From the NCBI GenBank assembly GCA_018816735.1, contig JAHIVH010000129.1, positions 479 through 64,478 of the forward strand: a stretch of DNA of 64,000 nucleotides, written 5' to 3'. The DNA comes from Pseudomonadota bacterium (GTDB lineage: Bacteria > Desulfobacterota > Desulfobacteria > Desulfobacterales > JAHIVH01). The notes beneath the pieces were generated by a model that saw only the letters and a program-made list of their open reading frames with translations, had not been told where the DNA came from and did not search any database. Both the position numbers and the translations under genes were made by a program. Positions 21,431-30,065 of this stretch are shown here, in pieces; positions within the stretch are counted from its first letter, which is position 1, and each line of letters opens with the position of its first letter.

Positions 21431-23026
21431 ATGAGCAATAAAAATGTGAATATCAAAGATATCGGCAAAGATACAAAAAAACTGGCAAGTGTCGCCAATG
21501 AAGATCTAATGCCTCTCCCCGGATGGGATGCAGAAGAAAATGAATGGGCGGAAATTCCTGCAGAGACAAAGGGAAAATATGCCTGTATTCTGGATGATGT
21601 CTGTATACTGCCCATACCCATGCCCAAAACCGTCAAGGAAGAGGAAGCGCTCGTCAACACGTTTATTGATGGCATGAGAAAGCTTTTTACCAAGGAAAAC
21701 AACTGGACATTTCTGGCCATGCTCGATACATCCATGGAACATTGTGCCAAATGCAATACCTGCTCAGAAGCCTGCCATCTCTACGAAGCAACCGGTGGGC
21801 ATGAAATGTACCGTCCGAATTTCCGTTCGGAGATTTTCAGAAGAATATATAAAAAATATGTTAAAAAAGAACCCTTCGCCAAATGGCGAAACGGAGATGT
21901 CGATCTGAACTGGCGTACGATCGCGAGACTTGGAGAGCTGGCCTATCGGTGTAATGTCTGCAGGAGGTGCGCTCAAACTTGCCCGATTGGTGTGGATAAT
22001 GCGCTGATTGCCCGTGAAATCCGAAAGATTTTCAGTCAGGAATTGGGGATTTCGCCCCCTGAACTTCATGAAAAAGGCTCCATGTATCAGCTTAAAACCG
22101 GTTCTTCCACCCAGATGACCAAGCTGGTTGTCAAGGATAACGTGGAATTTATTGATGAGGACTTTTCCGAAGAAACGGGTTTTGAATTCAAAACCCCCTG
22201 GGATGTGGAAGGTGCGGATATTCTTTTGATTCATAATGCCGGTGAGATCATGGCCTGGCCGGAGAATATCGCCGCGTTTTCTATTATTTTTGAGGCCGCC
22301 GGTCTGTCATGGACGCTTTCAAGTGACCTGGCAGCCTATGACAGCATTAACTACGGTGTGTTTTATGACGATGTCCAGTTTGCCAGAACAGCCATTCTTC
22401 AGGCCCAGGCAGCCAAAAAACTCGGTGTGAAAAGAATCGTTCTTGGAGAGTGTGGGCACGCGCATAAAGCATTGACAGTTATTGCAGACAGGGTTCTTCC
22501 TGAACCGTTGAAAGTGCCCAGAGAAAGTTGCTTTCCACTTTTAAGGGATATTGTCATGTCAGGTAAAATCAAGTTCGATCCTGAGCGCAACAATTTTCCG
22601 GTCACCCTTCATGATCCGTGCAATGTGACACGCCTGATGGGAATCATCAAACCGCAGCGTGAAATCATGGCAAAACTCTGTCCCCAATTCCGTGAAATGA
22701 ATCCTCATGGGCCGCATAATTATTGCTGCGGTGGGGGAAGCGGATATGCCATTATGTCCAGAAACAATATTCCGGAATGGCGATATAAAATTACGGGCAG
22801 GAAAAAAATGGAGCAGATCTTTAATGCCTTTTCAGATTGCAGAGGGCCGGAAACAAAAAAATACGTCTGTGCCCCCTGTTCAAATTGCAAAGGGCAGCTG
22901 AGAGATCTTTTTGAAAGGTATGAAATGCTCGAAAAGGAAAATATGACTTACAGCGGGGTTGTCGAACTGATTGTAAATGCAATGGTTGATGTTGAGCCGG
23001 GTTTTATCAAGTGGGGAGAAGAGTAG
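21431..23026 (+). CDS. HdrD/DsrK-like iron-sulfur protein with CCG domains
   Basis: Two ferredoxin motifs 'CAKCNTCSEACHLY' and 'CNVCRRCAQTCPIG'. CCG-domain signatures 'HDPCN' and 'NYCCGGGSG...CAPCSNCKGQL'. Confidence 0.8.
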   Translation: MSNKNVNIKDIGKDTKKLASVANEDLMPLPGWDAEENEWAEIPAETKGKYACILDDVCILPIPMPKTVKEEEALVNTFIDGMRKLFTKENNWTFLAMLDTSMEHCAKCNTCSEACHLYEATGGHEMYRPNFRSEIFRRIYKKYVKKEPFAKWRNGDVDLNWRTIARLGELAYRCNVCRRCAQTCPIGVDNALIAREIRKIFSQELGISPPELHEKGSMYQLKTGSSTQMTKLVVKDNVEFIDEDFSEETGFEFKTPWDVEGADILLIHNAGEIMAWPENIAAFSIIFEAAGLSWTLSSDLAAYDSINYGVFYDDVQFARTAILQAQAAKKLGVKRIVLGECGHAHKALTVIADRVLPEPLKVPRESCFPLLRDIVMSGKIKFDPERNNFPVTLHDPCNVTRLMGIIKPQREIMAKLCPQFREMNPHGPHNYCCGGGSGYAIMSRNNIPEWRYKITGRKKMEQIFNAFSDCRGPETKKYVCAPCSNCKGQLRDLFERYEMLEKENMTYSGVVELIVNAMVDVEPGFIKWGEE

Positions 23027-23167
23027 GCCCCAAAAAGTCAGTCCTCACCTCTTGCTTAAAGGACGAATAAACCTGAAACAGGCGGCCTTTTCGTATGTGT
23101 GGTATCGCTTTGATCAATACCCCTCCCGCATACGCCAAGGCCGCCAAAATAAAAAAGGACTTATAAA

Positions 23168-23695
23168 ATGGCACACGCATCTGAAAAGAAAATTCTGGTT
23201 GTTGATGATGAACCGGATGTCAGGCATTTTCTCGCCGCATGCCTGGAAGACGCAGGGTTCAATGTGGAAACTGCTGTGGATGGTGTTGACGCCCTTGAAA
23301 AGGTTAAAACAAATACACCTGATCTGATAACTCTTGACATGGTCATGCCCAGAAGGTCAGGCATTAATTTCCTGCGAAAATTAAGAAAAGAGAAAAAGGA
23401 ATGGGCCAATATTCCGGTAATTGTCATCACTGCCCATGCCAGAGATGAATTTGGAAGTGAAGACATTCAGGAATTCCAAGCTTTTGCAGCACGTCATCGA
23501 CCACGATGCACGCTTGAAAAACCGATTACCCCATCGAGTCTTGTCAAGGCCATCAGCGAGATTTTAGACGTTGAAACCGATATGCTGGAAAAAAGCCGGA
23601 AAGAGGGAGATGACAATCGTGAAGACCTGATCCGGATGATACAACAGACCGATCCGGAAACATTGAAAAAGATTCAGACGATGTTGAACAAGTAG
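23168..23695 (+). CDS. Response-regulator receiver with a ~50-aa acidic/helical C-terminal tail, RR3
   Basis: 'KILVVDDEPDVR...TPDLITLDMVMPRRSG...IPVIVITA', then 'DVETDMLEKSRKEGDDNREDLIRMIQQTDPETLKKIQTMLNK'. Confidence 0.88.
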   Translation: MAHASEKKILVVDDEPDVRHFLAACLEDAGFNVETAVDGVDALEKVKTNTPDLITLDMVMPRRSGINFLRKLRKEKKEWANIPVIVITAHARDEFGSEDIQEFQAFAARHRPRCTLEKPITPSSLVKAISEILDVETDMLEKSRKEGDDNREDLIRMIQQTDPETLKKIQTMLNK

Positions 23696-23794
23696 GTTTT
23701 ATTCAATTACCCGTAATTGATTCTGACCGTAATTGGGAAACGTGGAGCCTTGTCCTTTGAGGATAAATAGAATGTCAACTGTCAGGTTTTTTCT

Positions 23795-24853
23795 ATGAAT
23801 CAAAATTTTCAAGTCATTTCGTCTTCTCCGGACCAGCTTTATCAGATGATTATTGATCTTCTTCCGTGCTATATTTCCATTCAGAATAATGACCTGGAAA
23901 TTCTCTATACCAATAAATCGTTCTTGAATGATTTTGGTGAGGCCACAGGCCGGAAATGTCATGATGTTCTCAAATGCTCCGCATTTATGTGCGGGGAATG
24001 CCCGGTTAAAAAATCGTTTGAAGACAATGCCATTCATTTTGGCGAGGATTCCGTACTCACAAGAGAGGGGGCACCGATTCAACTTCTGGTATACGCCGTT
24101 CCGATACCTGCCGGAAGGGACCGATCGGTGATAGAGTTTTCCATTGATATTTCAAAAATTAAAAATACCCAGAAAGAACTGGCGCTTCTGGGGCGATCAG
24201 TAGCCCTTATCTCTCATGGCATCAAAAATTTGCTGGAAGGGCTTCATGGCGGGGAGTATGTGGTTGATGAAGGATTAAGAGAGGAAAACTGGCCGCTTGT
24301 TGAAAAAGGGTGGAAAGTCGTAAAAAATAACATCATTGATATTTCAATGATTGCTCAAAATATTCTTTATTCTTCCAAAAAGAAGGCATTGACCATCGAA
24401 AAGGTAAAGCCAGGCGAGATGGTCAAACGCGTTGTCAGCATGCTTAATGAAAAAGCCCTTTCAATGGGCGTTTCTCTGCGAGCCGAGGTCAATCCCTATC
24501 TGCCTGAGGCCAGGCTCGACCAGTTCACCATAAAAAAAATGTTGATTAACCTGATCTCAAATGCACTTGAAGCCTGTGAAAGGGATAGGGAAAAAAACAA
24601 TCATTTTGTGGTGGCAAGGGCACTTGCCTATAACGAGCTTCAGTATAAATTTGAAGTTGAAGACAATGGTATCGGCATGGATGAAGACATGCGAAAAAAA
24701 ATTTTCCAGGAGTTTTTTTCAACCCGGGGGACGAGTGGCACCGGTTTGGGCCTGTCGGTTGTTGAAACCATTGTAAAAGAACACCAGGGCAAGATTGAAG
24801 TTGAATCCGTGCCCGGCCAAAAAAGTCTTTTTCGAATTATTTTTACCTATTAA
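23795..24853 (+). CDS. Soluble PAS histidine kinase with a 4-Cys motif (HK2), paralogous to HK1
   Basis: 'GRKCHDVLKCSAFMCGECPV'. H-box 'ALISHGIKNLLEGLHGG'. 'NLISNALEA', 'DNGIGM' and 'GTGLGL'. No TM segment. Confidence 0.9.
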   Translation: MNQNFQVISSSPDQLYQMIIDLLPCYISIQNNDLEILYTNKSFLNDFGEATGRKCHDVLKCSAFMCGECPVKKSFEDNAIHFGEDSVLTREGAPIQLLVYAVPIPAGRDRSVIEFSIDISKIKNTQKELALLGRSVALISHGIKNLLEGLHGGEYVVDEGLREENWPLVEKGWKVVKNNIIDISMIAQNILYSSKKKALTIEKVKPGEMVKRVVSMLNEKALSMGVSLRAEVNPYLPEARLDQFTIKKMLINLISNALEACERDREKNNHFVVARALAYNELQYKFEVEDNGIGMDEDMRKKIFQEFFSTRGTSGTGLGLSVVETIVKEHQGKIEVESVPGQKSLFRIIFTY

Positions 24854-24868
24854 AGAGGAGGAAGATGC

Positions 24869-25255
24869 ATGGATAGAAAAAAAATCGTTATCATTGATGA
24901 TAATAAGGATTATACATTCACGATGGGTGTATTTCTTGAAAAAAACGGCTTTGAAGTTCACACTGCCAATAATGGTGAAAAAGGCATGGAAATGATCGAA
25001 AAGGAAAAACCGGATCTGGTTCTTCTGGATGTGATGATGGAAACGCTTTTTTCCGGGTTTGAAGTGGGAAGAAAGATTCGTCAGCATCCGGAAATGAAAG
25101 AAATCCCGATTATTGGCATATCCGGCATGCATAATGAAATTAAGGTGAAGTTTGAAAAAGAGACGGACGAAGATTATTTCCAGCCGGATGAATTTTTTGA
25201 AAAACCGGCGGATAAAGATGCTGTTTTAAACAAGATCAATCAGTTGATCGGTTAG
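24869..25255 (+). CDS. Stand-alone response-regulator receiver, RR4
   Basis: 'KIVIIDDNKD...KPDLVLLDVMMETLFSG...IPIIGISG', 128 aa. Confidence 0.88.
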   Translation: MDRKKIVIIDDNKDYTFTMGVFLEKNGFEVHTANNGEKGMEMIEKEKPDLVLLDVMMETLFSGFEVGRKIRQHPEMKEIPIIGISGMHNEIKVKFEKETDEDYFQPDEFFEKPADKDAVLNKINQLIG

Positions 25256-25617
25256 ATAAAATATGATCATCACGGATATACCGTCTTTAAAAAAAAGATG
25301 TGAAATAATTATATCCGTGATATATGTAATGCTAAATTCAGTTTGCTCACCACAGAAGCCTCGGATCTGTTTTCATGGCGAAATACGATACGCTTCCTTC
25401 TTCAGACCGCCATATTTTGAATGCTTTTTGACTTAGGTCAATGTTTTTGACAGACATTTCGGTTATACGTTTGGCATCATATGTTAGCACTTTTGATGGA
25501 TGTTATCGTTAGATGTGTTGGATTCTGAGATAAGGAACAACGATCATTTATAAAAATGGGCAGGTTTTCCAAAAAGCACCTGCTTTTAGGGAATCATGCC
25601 CGAGAGCCGGGCTCAAT

Positions 25618-26994
25618 ATGGGATTCAGATTAAAAGGATTTCCGGGAAAAGGCACATTTAAAAGAGGTGTCCATCCACCGGAACGAAAAAATTTATCACA
25701 AGATATATCCATAGAAGTCATTCCGCCACCTGAGAAACTTCTGATACCCTTGCTTCAGAATATTGGGGAGGCCTGTAAAGCCGTTATCGAACCAAAACAG
25801 GAAGTCGTATTCGGGGAAAAAATAGCAGATGCCGATGGCTTTATCTCTGCCCCTCTTCATGCCCCTCTTTCCGGAAAAATCGCAAAGTTTGCCATGACAA
25901 CGCTTCCCAATGGCAGACATGTGAAAGCCATCCAGATAGATGCCCATAAGGAGCAGGTTTCAGAAGATGCGTTATGGCATGATATGTTTTTCAGAGATTG
26001 GCCCAAAGATGTTTACAGCCTGTTTTCTTCGGAAGAAATTTCAAAAAGAATCAGGAACGCCGGCATTGTAGGCCTTGGTGGCGCTGCATTCCCTACCCAT
26101 GTAAAAATCAAGTATAATCAGAAAAAGTCAATCGATGCGCTGCTCGTAAATGGTTGCGAATGCGAGCCCTATCTGACAACAGATTATCGTGTGATGGTTG
26201 AAGCACCGGAGCCCGTCATTACAGGTGCCCTGTTTGCCGCCATGGCGACGAATGCCGGTCAGATTGTCGTTTGCATTGAAGATAATAAACCGCTTGCCGT
26301 TAAAGCCATTTCAAATGCAGCAAAAGGGACCGGAATAAAGGTGGCTGTGCTTAAAACAAAATACCCGCAAGGCAGTGAACGGCATATGATAAAAGCGGTT
26401 ATGAATCGCGTCATCCCTTTAGGAGGGCTTCCGGGAGATGTGGGCGTAGTCGTCAGCAACGTGGCGACGATTGCTGCGGTTGCCCGGGCGGTGCTTTATG
26501 AAAAACCCCTTACGCACAGGGTCGTGTGCGTGACAGGTGGCGGCATAAAAAGACCGGCCAATCTTCTTGTGCCTCTGGGTATGAGCTACAGGGCACTGAT
26601 CGATTATTGCGGCGGCATGACGGAAAATGCTGCAAGAATTTTGTCAGGTGGTCCCATGATGGGATTTTCGTTTACCGATCTTGATATGCCCGTGACTAAA
26701 GGTACAAGCGGCATCACCGTTTTAACCCATGATGAAATAAAACGGGACAAAGAAACCGCGTGTCTTCGATGTGGCAGATGCGTTGATGTCTGCCCAATGG
26801 CTCTGGTCCCGGCACGGCTCGCCCTTGCCGCCAGAAAAAGAGATGTTGAAATGGCAGAGAAATATAACATCATGGGATGCCTTGAAACCGGATGCTGCGG
26901 ATATGTCTGCCCGGCGAACATTCCGCTCATTCAATTAATTCGTGCAGGAAAAGCCATGGTGATGACAAACCGGAAGCTTCAATCGAAAAATTAA
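25618..26994 (+). CDS. rnfC: Rnf complex subunit C
   Basis: 458 aa with 'GLGGAAFPTHVK', 'SGGPMMG', 4Fe-4S motif 'CLRCGRCVDVCP' and 'CCGYVCPANIP'. Confidence 0.93.
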   Translation: MGFRLKGFPGKGTFKRGVHPPERKNLSQDISIEVIPPPEKLLIPLLQNIGEACKAVIEPKQEVVFGEKIADADGFISAPLHAPLSGKIAKFAMTTLPNGRHVKAIQIDAHKEQVSEDALWHDMFFRDWPKDVYSLFSSEEISKRIRNAGIVGLGGAAFPTHVKIKYNQKKSIDALLVNGCECEPYLTTDYRVMVEAPEPVITGALFAAMATNAGQIVVCIEDNKPLAVKAISNAAKGTGIKVAVLKTKYPQGSERHMIKAVMNRVIPLGGLPGDVGVVVSNVATIAAVARAVLYEKPLTHRVVCVTGGGIKRPANLLVPLGMSYRALIDYCGGMTENAARILSGGPMMGFSFTDLDMPVTKGTSGITVLTHDEIKRDKETACLRCGRCVDVCPMALVPARLALAARKRDVEMAEKYNIMGCLETGCCGYVCPANIPLIQLIRAGKAMVMTNRKLQSKN

Positions 26995-27015
26995 CCAAAA
27001 GACATTGAAATTGTT

Positions 27016-28011
27016 ATGACCGAATCGAGCACAAGGGATATACGCACTGATTCAGAAACGAATATCATTCAGGTAATCAGTGTCGCTTCGTCTCCTCATT
27101 TGAAAAATCTTTCCCTGTCATCCAGAAAAATGATGATCGACGTGATGATTGCCCTTTTACCTGTCATGGGTATGGCCATCTATATGTTTAAATGGCTGGT
27201 GGTGAAGCAATTGATCATTGCTGTCGGGTCAACCCTTTCAGCCGAAGCTGTGTTTACCAAAATGCGAAGGAAATCCTTTTCTCTTCCGGATGGTTCGGCA
27301 GGAGTGACCGGCTTGATTTTAGGCCTTTCCATTCCTGTGATTGCGCCGTGGTATGTGGGGGTTATCGGTTCTGTTGTGGCCATAGGCATCGGTAAAGTTA
27401 TTTTCGGCGGTTTGGGGATGAATATTTTTAATCCTGCAATGGTTGGCCGGGCCTTTGTGATGATTGCATTTACAGGCGTTATGGCTGCAGCAGGATATGA
27501 AAACAAACATATTGCTGTTGATGCCATATCCATGGCCACACCGCTTGATGCGTTCAAGCAGTCCGGTTTTGTTACACCCTTAAGGGATCTTTTTTTCGGG
27601 TTCACAAATGGGTCTCCTGGAGAAATCAGTGCGCTTGCCTGTGTTTCAGGCGGTGTTTATCTGTGTTTGAGGAGAACGGCCGCCTGGGAGATTCCACTTG
27701 GCGTCATTCTTTCAGCGTCTGTGATGGGACTATTCTCTGATATGATTCATCCGGATGTGCCTTTTACTTTCCTTCACCACCTGGCTGGTGGGTCACTTTT
27801 GTTCGGCGCATTTTTCATTGCCACTGATCCGGTGACCAGTCCCATTTCAAAAAAAGGGCGGTTTCTCTTTGGCATGGGAATCGGGTTTATTCTGATGATG
27901 CTGAGGTTTTTCAGCGGTTATCCGGAGGGTGTGATGTTTGCGGTGCTGTTCATGAATGCAGTTACACCACTTATAAACCGATGGACGATACCAAAAACGT
28001 TGGGAACCTGA
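27016..28011 (+). CDS. rnfD: Rnf complex subunit D
   Basis: 331 aa and polytopic. NqrB/RnfD-like, with a flavinylation-type 'SMATPL' motif. Confidence 0.9.
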   Translation: MTESSTRDIRTDSETNIIQVISVASSPHLKNLSLSSRKMMIDVMIALLPVMGMAIYMFKWLVVKQLIIAVGSTLSAEAVFTKMRRKSFSLPDGSAGVTGLILGLSIPVIAPWYVGVIGSVVAIGIGKVIFGGLGMNIFNPAMVGRAFVMIAFTGVMAAAGYENKHIAVDAISMATPLDAFKQSGFVTPLRDLFFGFTNGSPGEISALACVSGGVYLCLRRTAAWEIPLGVILSASVMGLFSDMIHPDVPFTFLHHLAGGSLLFGAFFIATDPVTSPISKKGRFLFGMGIGFILMMLRFFSGYPEGVMFAVLFMNAVTPLINRWTIPKTLGT

Positions 28012-28023
28012 TCCAGGAGGAAC

Positions 28024-28686
28024 ATGGAAATGACAGATCGGCTTAATAAGAATTTTCTGGTTCAGGGATGGCTGGTCATTTTGCTCTGCCTGGTATTTGG
28101 AGGTTCCCTTACAGCTGTTCAGTTAACATTATCTCCTGTGATTGAAGCAAACAAGAAAAATGAAATTCTTCAGATAATTCCGGGTCTGATTTCAGAAGAA
28201 AATTCAACCGCCATAAATAAAGAAGCAACGCTGCCATTTACCGTATCACCGTTTTATGTGAACTCTGAAAAACAGGGCCGACACCTGTCCTATGCTGTAT
28301 TTGAAGCAAAAGATAAGGACGGCAATATTTCGGGTTGGGCTGCAAGAGCATCAGGTCAGGGATATGCCGATAAAATTGAACTGCTTTTAGGATTAAACCC
28401 TGAAGCTGAAAAAATTACAGGCCTGTTCATTCTGGAACAGAAGGAAACACCAGGATTGGGAAATAAAATTTCCGAAATCAAATGGCGGGATCAGTTCAAG
28501 GGCAAAAAAACGGATAAGGCCATTTCTGCCATAAAAGGAAAAGCGGTAAACGCAAATGAAATTGACGCCATTACCGGAGCCACGATTTCATCAAAAAGTG
28601 TATGCCGGATCATCAATCAAATGGTCGGAGACATACGGCCACCTTTGAAAATGAAGCTTGAAGAAAGCGTTCATGAAAAAAAATAA
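28024..28686 (+). CDS. rnfG: Rnf complex subunit G (FMN-binding)
   Basis: N-terminal anchor plus 'IDAITGATISSKSV' (the covalent-FMN S/TGAT motif). Confidence 0.9.
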   Translation: MEMTDRLNKNFLVQGWLVILLCLVFGGSLTAVQLTLSPVIEANKKNEILQIIPGLISEENSTAINKEATLPFTVSPFYVNSEKQGRHLSYAVFEAKDKDGNISGWAARASGQGYADKIELLLGLNPEAEKITGLFILEQKETPGLGNKISEIKWRDQFKGKKTDKAISAIKGKAVNANEIDAITGATISSKSVCRIINQMVGDIRPPLKMKLEESVHEKK

Positions 28687-28730
28687 TGGCTTCATTTAAT
28701 TGGGAGCATTGACAGGGTAAAGGAAAAACA

Positions 28731-29366
28731 ATGACAGCCGAACCCACTGCACCGGAAAGATTCATCAGAGGAATCCTTCCTGAGAATCCGACTTACCGCC
28801 AGCTATTAGGACTTTGCCCGACCCTTGCTGTGACGAATAACATGAAATCCGCACTGACCATGGCCGGAGCAGTCCTGTTTGTTCTGTTCTGCGCCAACGT
28901 GATGGTGAGCCTGATACGCAATCTTCTGAAACCCCATCTGAGAATCGTCGCGTTCACCCTTGTCATTGCAGCCTTTGTCACAATCGTTGACCGGTTGCTT
29001 GCCGCTTATATGTATACCATGAGCAAGAATCTCGGTCCCTACATTCCGTTAATTATCGTAAACTGCATCATTATCGGCCGGTGTGAGATCTGCGCATCAA
29101 AAGAATCGGTTTTAAAGGCAGCATCTGATGCCATCGGCCAATCCATAGGGTTTGGGATTGGACTGTCGAGCATCGCTTTTTTCAGGGAAATTATCGGTAC
29201 AGGTATGGTTTTCGGCACAAGAGTGCTTCCGCAAATATGGCCGGATTGGGTTATCATGATTCTGCCCCCAGGCGCGTTTTTTACATTTGGCCTTCTCCTG
29301 GGAAGTGTGAATTATATGGTCAATCGAAAAAACACATCAATAAAAAACAGGGACAGCATGAAATGA
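28731..29366 (+). CDS. rnfE: Rnf complex subunit E
   Basis: 211 aa with '[17 protein letters not shown]', typical of RnfE/NqrD. Its stop overlaps the rnfA start (ATGA). Confidence 0.9.
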   Translation: MTAEPTAPERFIRGILPENPTYRQLLGLCPTLAVTNNMKSALTMAGAVLFVLFCANVMVSLIRNLLKPHLRIVAFTLVIAAFVTIVDRLLAAYMYTMSKNLGPYIPLIIVNCIIIGRCEICASKESVLKAASDAIGQSIGFGIGLSSIAFFREIIGTGMVFGTRVLPQIWPDWVIMILPPGAFFTFGLLLGSVNYMVNRKNTSIKNRDSMK

Positions 29367-30064
29367 CCTATATAACCGATATTTTCCTGATAGCTATCAG
29401 CGCGGCACTTATCAATAATTTTGTGCTCTACTATTTTGTAGGGATATGCCCCTTTATCGGTGTATCGAGAAACGTGGATATCGCATTCGGCATGGGCTTT
29501 GCCGTGACGTTTGTCATGACAATCGCCGGTTCTATCAGCTGGGCGATTACCACGTTGGTTCTGGTACCAGGCGCACCTTTTACCCGATTTATAGCCGGTT
29601 TTTTTCTTGACCCCGGACAGGCCGTTCAGATTGACCTCACCACTTTGAGCTATATTGTCTATATTTTTGCCATCGCTTCTTCCGTGCAATTTGTAGAAAT
29701 GTATATTCGAAAGTTTTTCCCGTCACTCTATAAATCGTTTGGTGTGTTTCTACCGCTCATCACAACAAACTGCGCGATTCTATTTGCCTGCCTGACCATT
29801 ATGAGTCATGTGGCCGGTGTTGAAAATCCGGCAGACGTCTGGGGACTTTCAAAGGCGCTTGCGCTTTCCTTTTTTGGTGGTGTCGGGTTTACGATTGCAA
29901 TCGTCATCATGGCCGGTATCCGGGAAGAGCTTGATTTCTGTGATGTGCCTGAATGTTTACAAGGTGCGGCGATTACGCTTATTGTTGCCGGAATACTTGC
30001 CATGGCGTTCATGGGATTTACCGGTGTTGATTCCGGATTGAGAGTCGCTTTGACAGGAGGGTGA
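29363..30064 (+). CDS. rnfA: Rnf complex subunit A
   Basis: I set the start at the ATG at 29363 ([22 protein letters not shown]...). The track ORF's 42-aa extension overlaps rnfE. '[13 protein letters not shown]' is typical of RnfA/NqrE. Confidence 0.9.
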   Translation: MTYITDIFLIAISAALINNFVLYYFVGICPFIGVSRNVDIAFGMGFAVTFVMTIAGSISWAITTLVLVPGAPFTRFIAGFFLDPGQAVQIDLTTLSYIVYIFAIASSVQFVEMYIRKFFPSLYKSFGVFLPLITTNCAILFACLTIMSHVAGVENPADVWGLSKALALSFFGGVGFTIAIVIMAGIREELDFCDVPECLQGAAITLIVAGILAMAFMGFTGVDSGLRVALTGG

Positions 30065-30065
30065 T

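Noticed and set aside
21343-22234. Minus-strand ORFs 21343..21756 and 21764..22234 (137 and 156 aa)
   Set aside because: They are antisense to the cytochrome b/HdrD-like genes, whose frames carry the CxxCxxCxxxC and CCG motifs.
20489-23026. Possibility that the adjacent same-strand ORFs are one gene split by a frameshift or in-frame TGA (selenocysteine)
   Set aside because: The two products are distinct complete protein types (membrane cytochrome b versus soluble Fe-S/CCG protein). The second has its own ATG and an SD-like GGAAAGGAG. I saw no other ORF pair in the window resembling a split gene.
25472-25489. TGGCATcatatgtTAGCA as a sigma-54 promoter for rnf
   Set aside because: The GC dinucleotide is 2 nt too far from the GG (GG-N12-GC instead of GG-N10-GC).
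25557-25569. 13-mer TGGGCAGGTTTTC shared between the rnf leader and 59291-59303
   Set aside because: A single 13-nt match between two sites in 64 kb (both strands) is expected by chance many times over, and nothing beyond the 13-mer is similar.
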